A DNA stretch of 64,000 nucleotides, taken from Terriglobia bacterium. GTDB taxonomy: Bacteria; Acidobacteriota; Terriglobia; 2-12-FULL-54-10. Of this stretch, positions 29,934-39,295 are shown in pieces. The notes under the pieces were generated by a model. The model saw only the letters and a program-made list of their open reading frames with translations, had not been told where the DNA came from and ran no database searches. The position numbers and the translations under genes are program-made. The stretch spans positions 1,152,001 to 1,216,000 of the forward strand of contig CAXVYR010000004.1 of the NCBI GenBank assembly GCA_963666975.2. Reading direction: 5' to 3'. Positions within the stretch are counted from its first letter, which is position 1; every line of letters begins with the position of its first letter.

Positions 29934-31772
29934 ATGATACCCGCAGAAAAACTCGCCACAGTGCCTGCCGCCCCGGGCGTCTATCAATTTCTCAATGCTG
30001 CTGGGGAAGTAATCTACGTGGGAAAGGCCAAATCCCTGCGGCAACGAGTGCGATCTTATTTTCTGGAGGCGCGAGCGGCGGAGGCGAAGACGGACACCCT
30101 GGTCCGCGAAGCCATTGCGGTCAGCACGATACTTGTCGACAACGACCGCGAAGCTCTGGCTCTGGAGAACAACCTGATCAAGCAGATTCAGCCGAGGTTC
30201 AACGTCCTGTTGCGGGACGATAAAACCTATCCCTACATCAAGCTGACAGCCTCGGAAAAATACCCTCGCATTTATGTGACACGGCGGCTGAAGAAAGACG
30301 GGTCAGCTTACTATGGCCCGTATTTTCCGGGCGGCCTAGCTTACCGCATTGCCCGCTTGATCCATCGGTATTTTCTGGTGCCTTCCTGCACGGTGGACTT
30401 GGCGCGGGCGCATCCCCGGCCTTGTTTGGAATATTACATTCAGCGCTGCCAGGGACCCTGTGTGCCCGGACTCACCACCGAGGAGCGATATGCACAGGCG
30501 GTGCGGGACGTGAAAATGTTTCTGGAGGGCCGTCACGGCGATTTGGTCCGGATTCTTCGCAACCGAATGCAGGAGGCTTCCGATAGCGAGCGTTTCGAGG
30601 AGGCCGCCGCTTGCCGGAACTTGATCTCTACGGTGGAGCAGTTGCAGGAGAAACAGAAGGTGGCAGCAGCAGCCGGCGATGACCGGGACGTCTTAGCCCA
30701 TCACCAGGAAGGCCCCCTGGTGGCCGTGAATGTATTCCACATGCGGAGGGGCCGCGTGCTGGATCGCCGGGAATTTTTCTGGGAAAACCAGGAGATGTTT
30801 GACGCCAGCGATTTTTTTTCCTCCTTGCTGAAGCAGATTTATCTGGAGCAGCAATACATCCCGGCGTTTGTCCATATCCCGGTCGATTTTGAAGACCGCT
30901 CGCTGCTGGAAGAGCTGCTTTCGGAAAAACGCGGCCACAAGGTGGAGATCCTCACTCCCCAGAGGGGACAAAAACGGGCGCTGCTGGAGCTGGCGGAAAA
31001 AAATGCGGCGCACTCTTTTGACCAGCGTTTCCGGGTTTTGAAGCCGACCAGCCGCGCCATCCTGGAGGCGTTGCAGGAGGCGCTGGGCCTGCCCGAGCCT
31101 CCCGTCCGGATTGAATGCTTCGACGTCTCCCACTTTCAAGGAACCGACACGGTGGCCTCGATGGTGGTCTGGGAAAACGGCAAGATGAAGAAGGCAGGGT
31201 ACCGCAAGTTCATCCTCCGCACGGTGGAGGGAAATGACGATTTCGCCAGCATGCGGGAGGTCGTGGAACGCCGCTGCCGCCGGTTGCAGGAGGAGCGTCA
31301 GCCGTTGCCGGGGCTGATTCTGATCGACGGCGGCGTGGGCCAGTTGCACGCCGCGGCAGAGGCCCTGGAGAAGCTGGGGATCATCAATCAGCCGCTGGCC
31401 AGTATCGCCAAGAAAGAAGAGATTCTCTATGTCCACGGGCAGGAGTCCGACCCCATCCGGCTTGACCCGCACTCTCCGGTGCTCCATCTCATGCAGCAAG
31501 TCCGGGACGAGTCGCACCGTTTCGCCGTCAGCTTCCATCGCCAGCGCCGCGACTCCCGCAGGCTGCGCTCGGAGCTTTGCGAGATTCCCGGCGTGGGGGA
31601 GAAAACGGCTCGCAAGTTGCTTGAGAATTTCGGTAGCTTGGAAGGAATCCGGTCCGCTTCGGAAGAAGATCTCCAGCGAATCCTGCCTCGCCGCCAAGCC
31701 GCCCTGGTGCGGGAATTTCTGGCCCAAGGAACGCCTCCAGCGTCCCCGAATGCACATAGTTCTGGAGGGTAA
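29934..31772 (+). CDS. uvrC: Excinuclease ABC subunit C
   Basis: PGVY..YVGKAKSLR GIY-YIG domain, RIECFDVSH, LIDGGVGQ, RDESHRFA, HhH IPGVG. Confidence 0.97.
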   Translation: MIPAEKLATVPAAPGVYQFLNAAGEVIYVGKAKSLRQRVRSYFLEARAAEAKTDTLVREAIAVSTILVDNDREALALENNLIKQIQPRFNVLLRDDKTYPYIKLTASEKYPRIYVTRRLKKDGSAYYGPYFPGGLAYRIARLIHRYFLVPSCTVDLARAHPRPCLEYYIQRCQGPCVPGLTTEERYAQAVRDVKMFLEGRHGDLVRILRNRMQEASDSERFEEAAACRNLISTVEQLQEKQKVAAAAGDDRDVLAHHQEGPLVAVNVFHMRRGRVLDRREFFWENQEMFDASDFFSSLLKQIYLEQQYIPAFVHIPVDFEDRSLLEELLSEKRGHKVEILTPQRGQKRALLELAEKNAAHSFDQRFRVLKPTSRAILEALQEALGLPEPPVRIECFDVSHFQGTDTVASMVVWENGKMKKAGYRKFILRTVEGNDDFASMREVVERRCRRLQEERQPLPGLILIDGGVGQLHAAAEALEKLGIINQPLASIAKKEEILYVHGQESDPIRLDPHSPVLHLMQQVRDESHRFAVSFHRQRRDSRRLRSELCEIPGVGEKTARKLLENFGSLEGIRSASEEDLQRILPRRQAALVREFLAQGTPPASPNAHSSGG

Positions 31773-31798
31773 CGCGAATCCACCGGTCCACTGGTACT

Positions 31799-33358
31799 AT
31801 GTGCAACGAGAAGAATATGAGAGGAAACCACATGACGCAGACGCCACAGTCCACAAATTCCTCCCCCAAGCTCATTTCCTTGCTGGCGCTGTTAGTTTTC
31901 ACAGCGGTATCCGCAGGCTATGCGCAAAGCAGTGATTTTCCAGTTACGCTATCCCAAGGAGTGATGGCGGGCGAGGTGACGGAAACCAGCGCCATCATGC
32001 AATCGCGGCTTACTTCCGCTAATCCGCTGGTGGACAGCCGCTGGTCGGGAATTCCAGGGAGTCCCGGGGTAGCGCGCTTTGAAGTGTCCTCAGCGCCGGA
32101 TTTCAGAGGTTCCTTCCTAACAGAATGGATGGAAGCCGTTCCGGAATACGATTACATCGTCAAGATCAAAGTTCCGGGGTTGCAACCGGGCACGCGCTAT
32201 TACTACCGTCTGCTGTACGGTCCCGATGAGGCGAGGATTCGAGAATCACAAACGGGCACGTTTCGGACGCATTCCGGAAGGGAAGCGGCCGGCGAGATTC
32301 GTTTTGCCGTGGTCACTGGAATGAACTACTCCCGGTTCCATTATATGGGGGGACGGTTCGACCCGCCTTATCGCGGGACGGATAAACATCTCGGATACCC
32401 GGCGCTCGAATCCATTCGCAAGCTGAAACCCGATTTTTTCGTGGGGACGGGGGACAACGTCTACTACGATACCCCCGCTGCCGGCCGCGCGGTAACAGAA
32501 CATCAGTTGAGAAAGAAACACCATGAGCAGTATTCCCAGCAAAGATTTATTCAGTTATTTCGGGAAGTAGCCACGTACTGGATGAAGGATGACCACGATT
32601 ACCGGTTCAATGACGCCGATCCCATTAACCTTTTCCCCGATCCCGGAGGATATGAACCTTCGCACGAATTGGGCATCCGGATTTTCCGGGAGCAACTGCC
32701 GGTCGTCGATCCAAACGAGGAGAAGGCGGCAACCTATCGGACGTATCGGGTGAGCCGGTTGCTCCAGGTCTGGTTCGTAGAAGGGCGGGACTACCGAAGC
32801 CCGAATGAGATGGTGGACGGTCCGGAGAAATCCATCTGGGGCAAGGAGCAAAAAGAGTGGCTGAAACGAACGCTTCTCGAAAGTGACGCGACCTTCAAAA
32901 TCCTATTTTCACCCACGCCTATGGTCGGGCCCGACAGCACGGATAAGCGGGACAACCACGTCAACCCGGCAGGGTTCCGGCAGGAAGGAGACGAGTTCTT
33001 CCGCTGGCTCCAACAACAAGGGTTCTTAACCAAGAACTTTTATATTATCTGCGGCGACCGGCACTGGCAGTATCACTCGATTCATCCTGCCGGTTTTGAG
33101 GAGTTCTCTACAGGAGCGTTGGTCGACCAAAATGCCTTTCAGGCGATACTCCCCGGCGACCCGGGCTCGTCCGATCCGGAAGCCAAAATCCGGCAGCCCT
33201 ATCACTACAACCGGCCGACGGGTGGCTTCCTGATCCTCACGGTGGGACCGGGGCCAGAGGACAACGGCGCGCAAGCGGAGTTCACATTTTATGACGAGAA
33301 TGGGGAAATGCTTTACAGCCATACCAAGCTGGCCGGAATCCTGGAAGATGGAAGATAA
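31799..33358 (+). CDS. Alkaline phosphatase D (PhoD) family protein (start may be 31832)
   Basis: Signal peptide; GLQPGTRYYYR, GDNVYYD, KDDHD and GDRHW metallophosphatase motifs. Confidence 0.85.
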   Translation: MCNEKNMRGNHMTQTPQSTNSSPKLISLLALLVFTAVSAGYAQSSDFPVTLSQGVMAGEVTETSAIMQSRLTSANPLVDSRWSGIPGSPGVARFEVSSAPDFRGSFLTEWMEAVPEYDYIVKIKVPGLQPGTRYYYRLLYGPDEARIRESQTGTFRTHSGREAAGEIRFAVVTGMNYSRFHYMGGRFDPPYRGTDKHLGYPALESIRKLKPDFFVGTGDNVYYDTPAAGRAVTEHQLRKKHHEQYSQQRFIQLFREVATYWMKDDHDYRFNDADPINLFPDPGGYEPSHELGIRIFREQLPVVDPNEEKAATYRTYRVSRLLQVWFVEGRDYRSPNEMVDGPEKSIWGKEQKEWLKRTLLESDATFKILFSPTPMVGPDSTDKRDNHVNPAGFRQEGDEFFRWLQQQGFLTKNFYIICGDRHWQYHSIHPAGFEEFSTGALVDQNAFQAILPGDPGSSDPEAKIRQPYHYNRPTGGFLILTVGPGPEDNGAQAEFTFYDENGEMLYSHTKLAGILEDGR

Positions 33359-33429
33359 AAGATAAAAGCTGAGAGCTGAAAGAAGAAAGCTGAAAACCGA
33401 TGAGCGCCACAGGCGGCGGTTTGTGACCG

Positions 33430-34095
33430 CTACGGAACCAGTAAGCCGGTCCCGATCATCCAAACCACGCCCAGAGCGCAAGAGCCGGCCCCAATCACCG
33501 GCTGCACCCATCTTTCCAGCAGCGCGTCGGAGAAAGTCCGAATCAGCCCACCCAAGGCCAGGCAGTAGCCCGCCATGCCAAGCATCACTCCCAAACCGAA
33601 AGCGCTCAGGTAGGCTCCCATGAGCCATGGCGACTCCATAGCGGCGATGGGGAGCAGAGCCAGCGCGGGCACGGCCCCGGCCAGTCCGTGGATGGCCCCC
33701 GTGACGGTGGCGGCGTGGTTGTCGAAATGCTCCTCGCCGTGGACGTGCGAGTGCAAATGAGAGTGGACCAGTGAGCCGTGGCGGTGCTGATGAAAGTGCA
33801 GCTTCCGGGCCCGGAACGAGCGCCGCAGAGAGATGCCCCCCACAAAGACCAGTACTAAGCCAACTAAAAATTCCGCATACGGTTCAAACCGTTCGGGGAC
33901 GGGGACAGCCAAGGCAGCGATCAGCACGCCCAGCAGCAAGACCGCCGCCAGATGACCTACTCCCCAACGCAGGCTCACCATCAGGGCGGAGGAGAGCCGC
34001 CGCCGCTGGCTGACAAAGGTGCTCACCGCCGCCAGATGGTCCGGGCCAAAGGCGTGGAGGATGCCTAACAGGAATGCGGTAGTGAATATCAACAA
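33430..34095 (-). CDS. Nickel/cobalt transporter, UreH/NicO-like, with His-rich loop
   Basis: GILHAFGPDHLAAV, WGVGH, HFHQHRH..HSHLHSH, GAIHGLAG; AAGGA RBS before TTG. Confidence 0.8.
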   Translation of the reverse strand: MLIFTTAFLLGILHAFGPDHLAAVSTFVSQRRRLSSALMVSLRWGVGHLAAVLLLGVLIAALAVPVPERFEPYAEFLVGLVLVFVGGISLRRSFRARKLHFHQHRHGSLVHSHLHSHVHGEEHFDNHAATVTGAIHGLAGAVPALALLPIAAMESPWLMGAYLSAFGLGVMLGMAGYCLALGGLIRTFSDALLERWVQPVIGAGSCALGVVWMIGTGLLVP

Positions 34096-34205
34096 GAGAA
34101 GCGTTTCCTTATCGTGATCTATAGCTGGGCGGGTGCAGACAACCCTGCGTGCAGAGAGGTCAAGGTTATCACAGCTCCGGCAGCTTGATCCAACTGCCGT
34201 GCTAG

Positions 34206-34538
34206 TCAATCCTTGGTCAGTTCCACACCGTCCATAACCATTTCCCATCTGCCGCCTTCCTGGTAAGGCGGCTGGGAGACGACGAAGGTGGTGGAAATAA
34301 ACCAGATGCCAACAGCGAAATCATCGCCTTGGAACTCTTGGAGCGGCCCATCAATTGTCGTTCTGGCGGTTCCCCTATGCCGTTCGTAATCTATGCTCCC
34401 GTCTTGCGTAATGGACAGACGTATTTCCGGTGATCTCCACACGCCGACGTAGTCAGCTTTGTCCGCCGGAACGGGCGTGCCGCAACCGGATAGCAAAAGC
34501 GTGAGAAGCAGAATTGCTGGGATTGGGCGAATGTTCAT
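34206..34538 (-). CDS. Small lipoprotein (probable gene cassette)
   Basis: Lipobox LSG-C; follows attC-like site. Confidence 0.75.
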   Translation of the reverse strand: MNIRPIPAILLLTLLLSGCGTPVPADKADYVGVWRSPEIRLSITQDGSIDYERHRGTARTTIDGPLQEFQGDDFAVGIWFISTTFVVSQPPYQEGGRWEMVMDGVELTKD

Positions 34539-34560
34539 TGGGCACTTTCTGATACGAGCG

Positions 34561-34625
34561 GCTTAACGTCTGGCGATCCCCTGCGATCCGTGAAGCAGAT
34601 CGTCAGGCGCATCGCCTGATTGGAC
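34561..34625 (-). other. attC-like integron recombination site
   Basis: GTCCAAT-CAGGCGATGCGCCTGACGATC...GATCGCAGGGGATCGCCAGAC-GTTAAGC: 65-bp imperfect palindrome, near-RYYYAAC start, GTTRRRY end. Confidence 0.7.
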
Positions 34626-34641
34626 CGTCGGTGAATGAACA

Positions 34642-35628
34642 CTACAATGTCACCAGCACCCGCCCGACTGCACGCTGGCCCTCGACGCACTCGTGGGCCT
34701 CAGCAATCGAGCGCAGCGGAAACCGCTCCGCGATCTTAAAACCTGGCCATTCCCCGTCAAGCGCCGCAGTCAGCCCTGCTGCGGCAACGGTCTTCGCTTC
34801 GGTCGCGAAGTCGTCGCTTCCGAGAAAGAACAAGCGGATATTCTTGAATACGAGCGGCCAGAACGGGATTGACGGCGACGGATCTCCTGTCGCGTACGTG
34901 GCGATGGAGCCACCCAGCGCAAGCAGTTCCACGTCGGTCGCAAGGTTTGCGTGAAAAGCAACCTCGACCACGTGATGGACGCCGTCGGGGGCGAGGGCGC
35001 GGATACGTTCAACCACCTCGTCGGCAGAGATCCCATCGGTGCGGACGACCTCGTGTGCGCCGGCCCGGTCTGCCACGGCTGCACCGCGCTCCGATCGGAT
35101 GGTCGCGATCACATGCGCCCCGCCGTACCGGGCGAGTCCGATGGCGCACGAGCCAACGGCGCCCGCCCCGCCCTGCACGAGCAAGGTGCGCCCCTCAACT
35201 GGACCGGCCACATGCACGGCACGATGGGCGGTAATTCCGGGAATGCCGAGGCACGCGCCTTGATCGAAAGAAACTTTAGGTGAAAGCGGAACGGCTTGGT
35301 CGGACGGCACGACCACATACTCTGCTGCCGTTCCGAACGGCCGGTAACTCTGTGCGCCGAAGCACCACACCCGCTCGCCTGCACGCCGTGCAGGAACGGC
35401 TTCGCCAACCCTGTCGATCCTACCCGCGCCGTCGCTGTGGGGAATCACCCTTGGGAAGGGCAACCCGACGCCAAAAGTGTCCTGGCGCTTTATCACATCA
35501 CCAGGGTTGACGCCGGAAGCGGTCATACGAATGCGCACCTCGTCCGGTCCCGGCTGAGGGTCTGGCATCTCGCCGACGATCAGCACTTGAGCGGCAGGCC
35601 CCTGCTTTTCGTACCAGGCTGCTTTCAC
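34642..35628 (-). CDS. NADPH:quinone reductase (MDR/zinc-binding ADH superfamily)
   Basis: VKAAWYE..GPA, SGVNPGD, PHSDGAG, GGAGAVG; GGAG RBS before GTG. Confidence 0.9.
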   Translation of the reverse strand: MKAAWYEKQGPAAQVLIVGEMPDPQPGPDEVRIRMTASGVNPGDVIKRQDTFGVGLPFPRVIPHSDGAGRIDRVGEAVPARRAGERVWCFGAQSYRPFGTAAEYVVVPSDQAVPLSPKVSFDQGACLGIPGITAHRAVHVAGPVEGRTLLVQGGAGAVGSCAIGLARYGGAHVIATIRSERGAAVADRAGAHEVVRTDGISADEVVERIRALAPDGVHHVVEVAFHANLATDVELLALGGSIATYATGDPSPSIPFWPLVFKNIRLFFLGSDDFATEAKTVAAAGLTAALDGEWPGFKIAERFPLRSIAEAHECVEGQRAVGRVLVTL

Positions 35629-35659
35629 ATCGAAGCTCCGAGTGACGTTGGGAAGGGCG

Positions 35660-35722
35660 GGCGAACGGTGCGTTGAGCTGCGGACGGCGTGAGCCGGCCG
35701 TCGGCTCAAGCGGTTGCCAGGC
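35660..35722 (-). other. Degenerate attC-like site
   Basis: GCCTGGC-AACCGCTTGAGCCGACGGC...GCCGTCCGCAGCTCAACGCACC-GTTCGCC, 63-bp imperfect palindrome overlapping the upstream gene's stop. Confidence 0.55.
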
Positions 35723-36404
35723 CGCCTCCGACAGTTGTGCCACGGCGCCACATAAGAGCACCCACGGAAATAACCCAAACGAGGATCAGTAAACTGGCGG
35801 GCATATTGACCGTCATGGCTAAGCTCGAAAAACCAGTGTACGCCATTACAACTCCCCCAACCAAAGTGGGGATACCTCCCAGCAGGGCAAGTACTGCGAC
35901 CCAGCGGGGATAGTGTCCGCTGTTCCATAACGCAATTCCGTACAGCGTAACTGTGAGGCCGAAGAACATACTCATGACACTGGCGAGCCCGACTTCGACC
36001 TGACGGACGCCGAATGCTGCATGAAACAAACCGGCCTTTTCCGAGGACTCCGCCCCAGCCCATGCGTCAACCATCACTTTAAGTGCGATGCCATCCACCG
36101 CCTGAAGAACGGCGGTCAGCGTCAAGCTAGCGATCGCTCCCCCAGAGGCGATGCGGGGAAGACCCGCTCGGCCACCGGAGTCCAACTCGTTGGCGAGCAC
36201 TAAGAGCGCGCCAACAATGAGAGCAACTCCAGCGAGCTGTGTTAAATGACTGGCAACCCAATGTCGATCGGCCGCGTACTCCGAGAAAGCAGCAACAGAG
36301 TCGTTCGGATCTGCCTGCATTGGGTGTAGCGAGGTTCCGGCAAAGAGAAGTACAGCACCAAGCACGGCGCTCATAGCGCCAAACTTATAACTACGACTAC
36401 TCAT
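35706..36404 (-). CDS. Multi-pass membrane protein, DUF4386-like
   Basis: About six TM segments; LHP, AVDGIALK and YPRWV motifs. Confidence 0.7.
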   Translation of the reverse strand: MSSRSYKFGAMSAVLGAVLLFAGTSLHPMQADPNDSVAAFSEYAADRHWVASHLTQLAGVALIVGALLVLANELDSGGRAGLPRIASGGAIASLTLTAVLQAVDGIALKVMVDAWAGAESSEKAGLFHAAFGVRQVEVGLASVMSMFFGLTVTLYGIALWNSGHYPRWVAVLALLGGIPTLVGGVVMAYTGFSSLAMTVNMPASLLILVWVISVGALMWRRGTTVGGGLATA

Positions 36405-36554
36405 GACTAAGACCCTTGCCCACCTTCCTGTCCGTCGGTCTAGCTCCTGTTTAGGCTGATCCTCATAAAATCCGTCCCGGTCAGCGTAAGACGAAACCGC
36501 CACGGAAGGGCAGCGTCTACGGGCAATTATACCGGATCGAAAGATGCCGCAGAG

Positions 36555-36839
36555 CTAGTGCTTTTTGCCGGCCCGCTGCAACGACCGTTTAGGCGTGGTG
36601 TCGAGGTCTTCTATCCTGACGCCTCGGCCTTCCCGCAAGCTATGCCGCGCTGATTCAATCCGGGCCAGAAATCGGGGGTCATTTTCCAACCGGTAATCAA
36701 ACCAGTCGTCTTCGGACTCAAAACCAATGAGCACTCCTGCCGGTCTGCCGTGCCGCGTGATGACCACTTCTTCCTTTTCCGCCGCTCGCAGAAACTTGGA
36801 CAAATCGTCTTTGACCTCTGAAAGCGCAACTTTTTTCAT
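36555..36839 (-). CDS. Phd/YefM family antitoxin (no adjacent toxin)
   Basis: LSEVKDDLSKFL..AE.EEVVITRHGRPAGVL. Confidence 0.9.
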   Translation of the reverse strand: MKKVALSEVKDDLSKFLRAAEKEEVVITRHGRPAGVLIGFESEDDWFDYRLENDPRFLARIESARHSLREGRGVRIEDLDTTPKRSLQRAGKKH

Positions 36840-36945
36840 TAAGACCCCTGAATGTCGGTAGTCACGGTGAGCGCTTTTTCTTGCCCTGGGTTCTTCTCTC
36901 GACAGGATACCAAAATAAAAAAGCCTGCTTTATCCTACCAGCGGC

Positions 36946-39279
36946 TCAAGCAGATCGGGCGTTACTGATCTGCACCAATTGCGGTTCGGCGCGGACTGTG
37001 CCGAAGCTCAGGACATCCATGGGGCAGACGGTGACACAGACGCCGCAGCCGATGCAGGAGGAGTTGGCGTTGGTGATGGGCTCCTGTTTCAGCGCGAAGC
37101 TCATCACGTCGATGCCGACCAGGCAGTAGCGGCTGCACTCGCCGCAGGCGATGCACTTCTCGTTAGCGCTGATGCGGTATTGGCTGAACCGCAGCTTCTC
37201 GTAGAGGTGGCTCAGCAGCTCCATCATCTTGGCCAGCGGGCACCAGTAGCGGCACCAGACTTTCCCGCCCAGGAACGGGTAGAGCGTCAGCGGCAGAATG
37301 CCCACCAGCCAAATGTCTGCGACAATGCGATAAGCGTATAGCCCCCGTTCGGCGGGCGTACGGAGAGCCTCGAACACGTCCCGGCCCAGCATCATGACCG
37401 TGATGAGGACCGCCGCGATAAAGACCACCAAGGTCATCTTCTTCTCCCAGCGATGGCTGGCTTTTCCCTTCGGCGCCAAGTGGCGCCAGCGGTCGCCCAG
37501 CGTTTCGGCCAGCCCGCCGCAGCCGCAGATCCACGAACAGTAGCGTTTGCCGTGCCAGACGACCATCACCGGGATGATCCCAAAGGCCAGCACAACCCCC
37601 CAGATAATCCAGATCTGATGAGGGTCATAGAAGAACGTGTAGAAGAACAACGGCCAGGCGTAGACGATGCCGTAGGCGCGCCAGGGTTGCTCTGCGAACT
37701 GCGGGTCCGTGGCCAAGCGCTCGCCCACCCAGCGGTATTCAACCGCCCAGCGGAAGAGAAATTCCGGCACTATAAAAAAGAAAATCCACTGAAAACTGAT
37801 CAGGCTGGAGAAGCGCCAGATCTGGAATTTGTCCCGGCGGTCCAGGCCCCATCGCTTGAGCGCCTGGATTCCGAAAAAAGTCATCACCACGGTGTAGAAC
37901 ACCGTGTACCAGAATTGCAAGGGGCGGTCGGCGAATCTAAATAGCTCGTAAGCCCAACCGGTGTAGGGCCAAAATTCCTGCCCCGCACCCAGTTTGATGC
38001 CGTAGAGGGAATAAAAGCCGAAGAAGCCCGTGCCCAACCACGCCCAGCGTTGGCCGCGCACGGCCGTCGCCAACAGACCGGCGAAGGCCCCCGCCGCCAC
38101 CACGCCGCCAAGCCACTGGGGGATCTGCTGTACCAACTCCATCGAAGCGTTGCCCCCCAGCGCCCACAGGCCGAGCAAGGTGGCCAGCGTCAATAGGGCC
38201 GAGCGGGCCATACTGCCCGACCATTCATTTTCCATCTTCAACCCCAGCGACTTCAGAAACGCGGTCGGAACTTCAGAGCCGATCAGCACGAAGGCGTGGT
38301 CATAGGGGAATTTCTCGGTGGTCTGCTTGCCGTCTTTTTCGATTTGGAGGGTGGCCTCTCGGTCGCCGAACTCAGTGACCTGGGAGTTGAAGAGGGGCTT
38401 GATAGACCCGCTGCCGATCGCTTCCTGGAGCTGTCGCTCGTTGTCTTTGAAAATCCGGTAGAGCTGCTGGCCGCGATAGCTGAGCGTAACCTGGTTGCGC
38501 TGGCTCAAGGTGAGGGCGGCCTCGGCGGCCGTGTTTCCCCCGCCGACCACCAGAATCCGCTCGTCGTGGTACTGCTTGGGGCTATAGAGGCGATGATAGA
38601 CTCGCTCCTGGTCCTCGCCCGGTACGACCAGCTTGCGCGGGTTTCCCCGTTGCCCGGTGGCGAGGATGACGTTGCGGGCCTTGTACTGCTTTCCCTGCTC
38701 GGTCGTGAGGGTAAAGCTGTCGTCTTTGTTGCGGGTGAGGGATTTCAACCCATCTCCGGTGCGGACATCCAGGCCGTTGTCGCGGATGATCTGGTGCCAG
38801 CGCCCGATGAGGTCTTCCTTGGTGGCGCCGTCCAGCCAGAGTTTGCCCTTGGGCGGGACTTGGTCCGGCTCGGCGTAAATCCACTTTCCCTCCGGGAAGT
38901 CTTCAATGGTGTTGGCGATTTTGTTTTTTTCGAGGACCACGCACCGGAGGCCTTTGTCGGTGGCCGCCAGCGCCGCGTTCAGCCCGGCCGCCCCGGCGCC
39001 GACCACGACGGCGTCATAGGCCTCCGTGTCGTTCGATCCGGTGTCGCGCTGGCGGCCTTGCTGACCGCCGTGCTGACCGCCATACTGACCAATGATTTGC
39101 TCGATCACCTCCACGCCCTGTTCCATCGCCAGCTTAATCACCGGCGCCCCAGCCAAGTCCCCGATCACGTACAGGCCACGGAGATTCGATTCTCGTTTGG
39201 AGTCCATCTGCGGCCGTCGTGTGGGCATGTTGGCGGTTTCGAAGATTCCCTCGAACCACCGCTGGAGTTTGGTGAGCAT
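36946..39279 (-). CDS. TrxB-like FAD/NAD(P)H oxidoreductase fused to a polytopic membrane 4Fe-4S (NapH/NosR-like) domain
   Basis: VVVGAGAAG, ILATG, VVGGGNTA; YCSWICGCG, WCRYWCP; two CxxCxxCxxxC ferredoxin motifs. Confidence 0.85.
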   Translation of the reverse strand: MLTKLQRWFEGIFETANMPTRRPQMDSKRESNLRGLYVIGDLAGAPVIKLAMEQGVEVIEQIIGQYGGQHGGQQGRQRDTGSNDTEAYDAVVVGAGAAGLNAALAATDKGLRCVVLEKNKIANTIEDFPEGKWIYAEPDQVPPKGKLWLDGATKEDLIGRWHQIIRDNGLDVRTGDGLKSLTRNKDDSFTLTTEQGKQYKARNVILATGQRGNPRKLVVPGEDQERVYHRLYSPKQYHDERILVVGGGNTAAEAALTLSQRNQVTLSYRGQQLYRIFKDNERQLQEAIGSGSIKPLFNSQVTEFGDREATLQIEKDGKQTTEKFPYDHAFVLIGSEVPTAFLKSLGLKMENEWSGSMARSALLTLATLLGLWALGGNASMELVQQIPQWLGGVVAAGAFAGLLATAVRGQRWAWLGTGFFGFYSLYGIKLGAGQEFWPYTGWAYELFRFADRPLQFWYTVFYTVVMTFFGIQALKRWGLDRRDKFQIWRFSSLISFQWIFFFIVPEFLFRWAVEYRWVGERLATDPQFAEQPWRAYGIVYAWPLFFYTFFYDPHQIWIIWGVVLAFGIIPVMVVWHGKRYCSWICGCGGLAETLGDRWRHLAPKGKASHRWEKKMTLVVFIAAVLITVMMLGRDVFEALRTPAERGLYAYRIVADIWLVGILPLTLYPFLGGKVWCRYWCPLAKMMELLSHLYEKLRFSQYRISANEKCIACGECSRYCLVGIDVMSFALKQEPITNANSSCIGCGVCVTVCPMDVLSFGTVRAEPQLVQISNARSA

Positions 39280-39295
39280 TGTGCTGAATTGTGTT

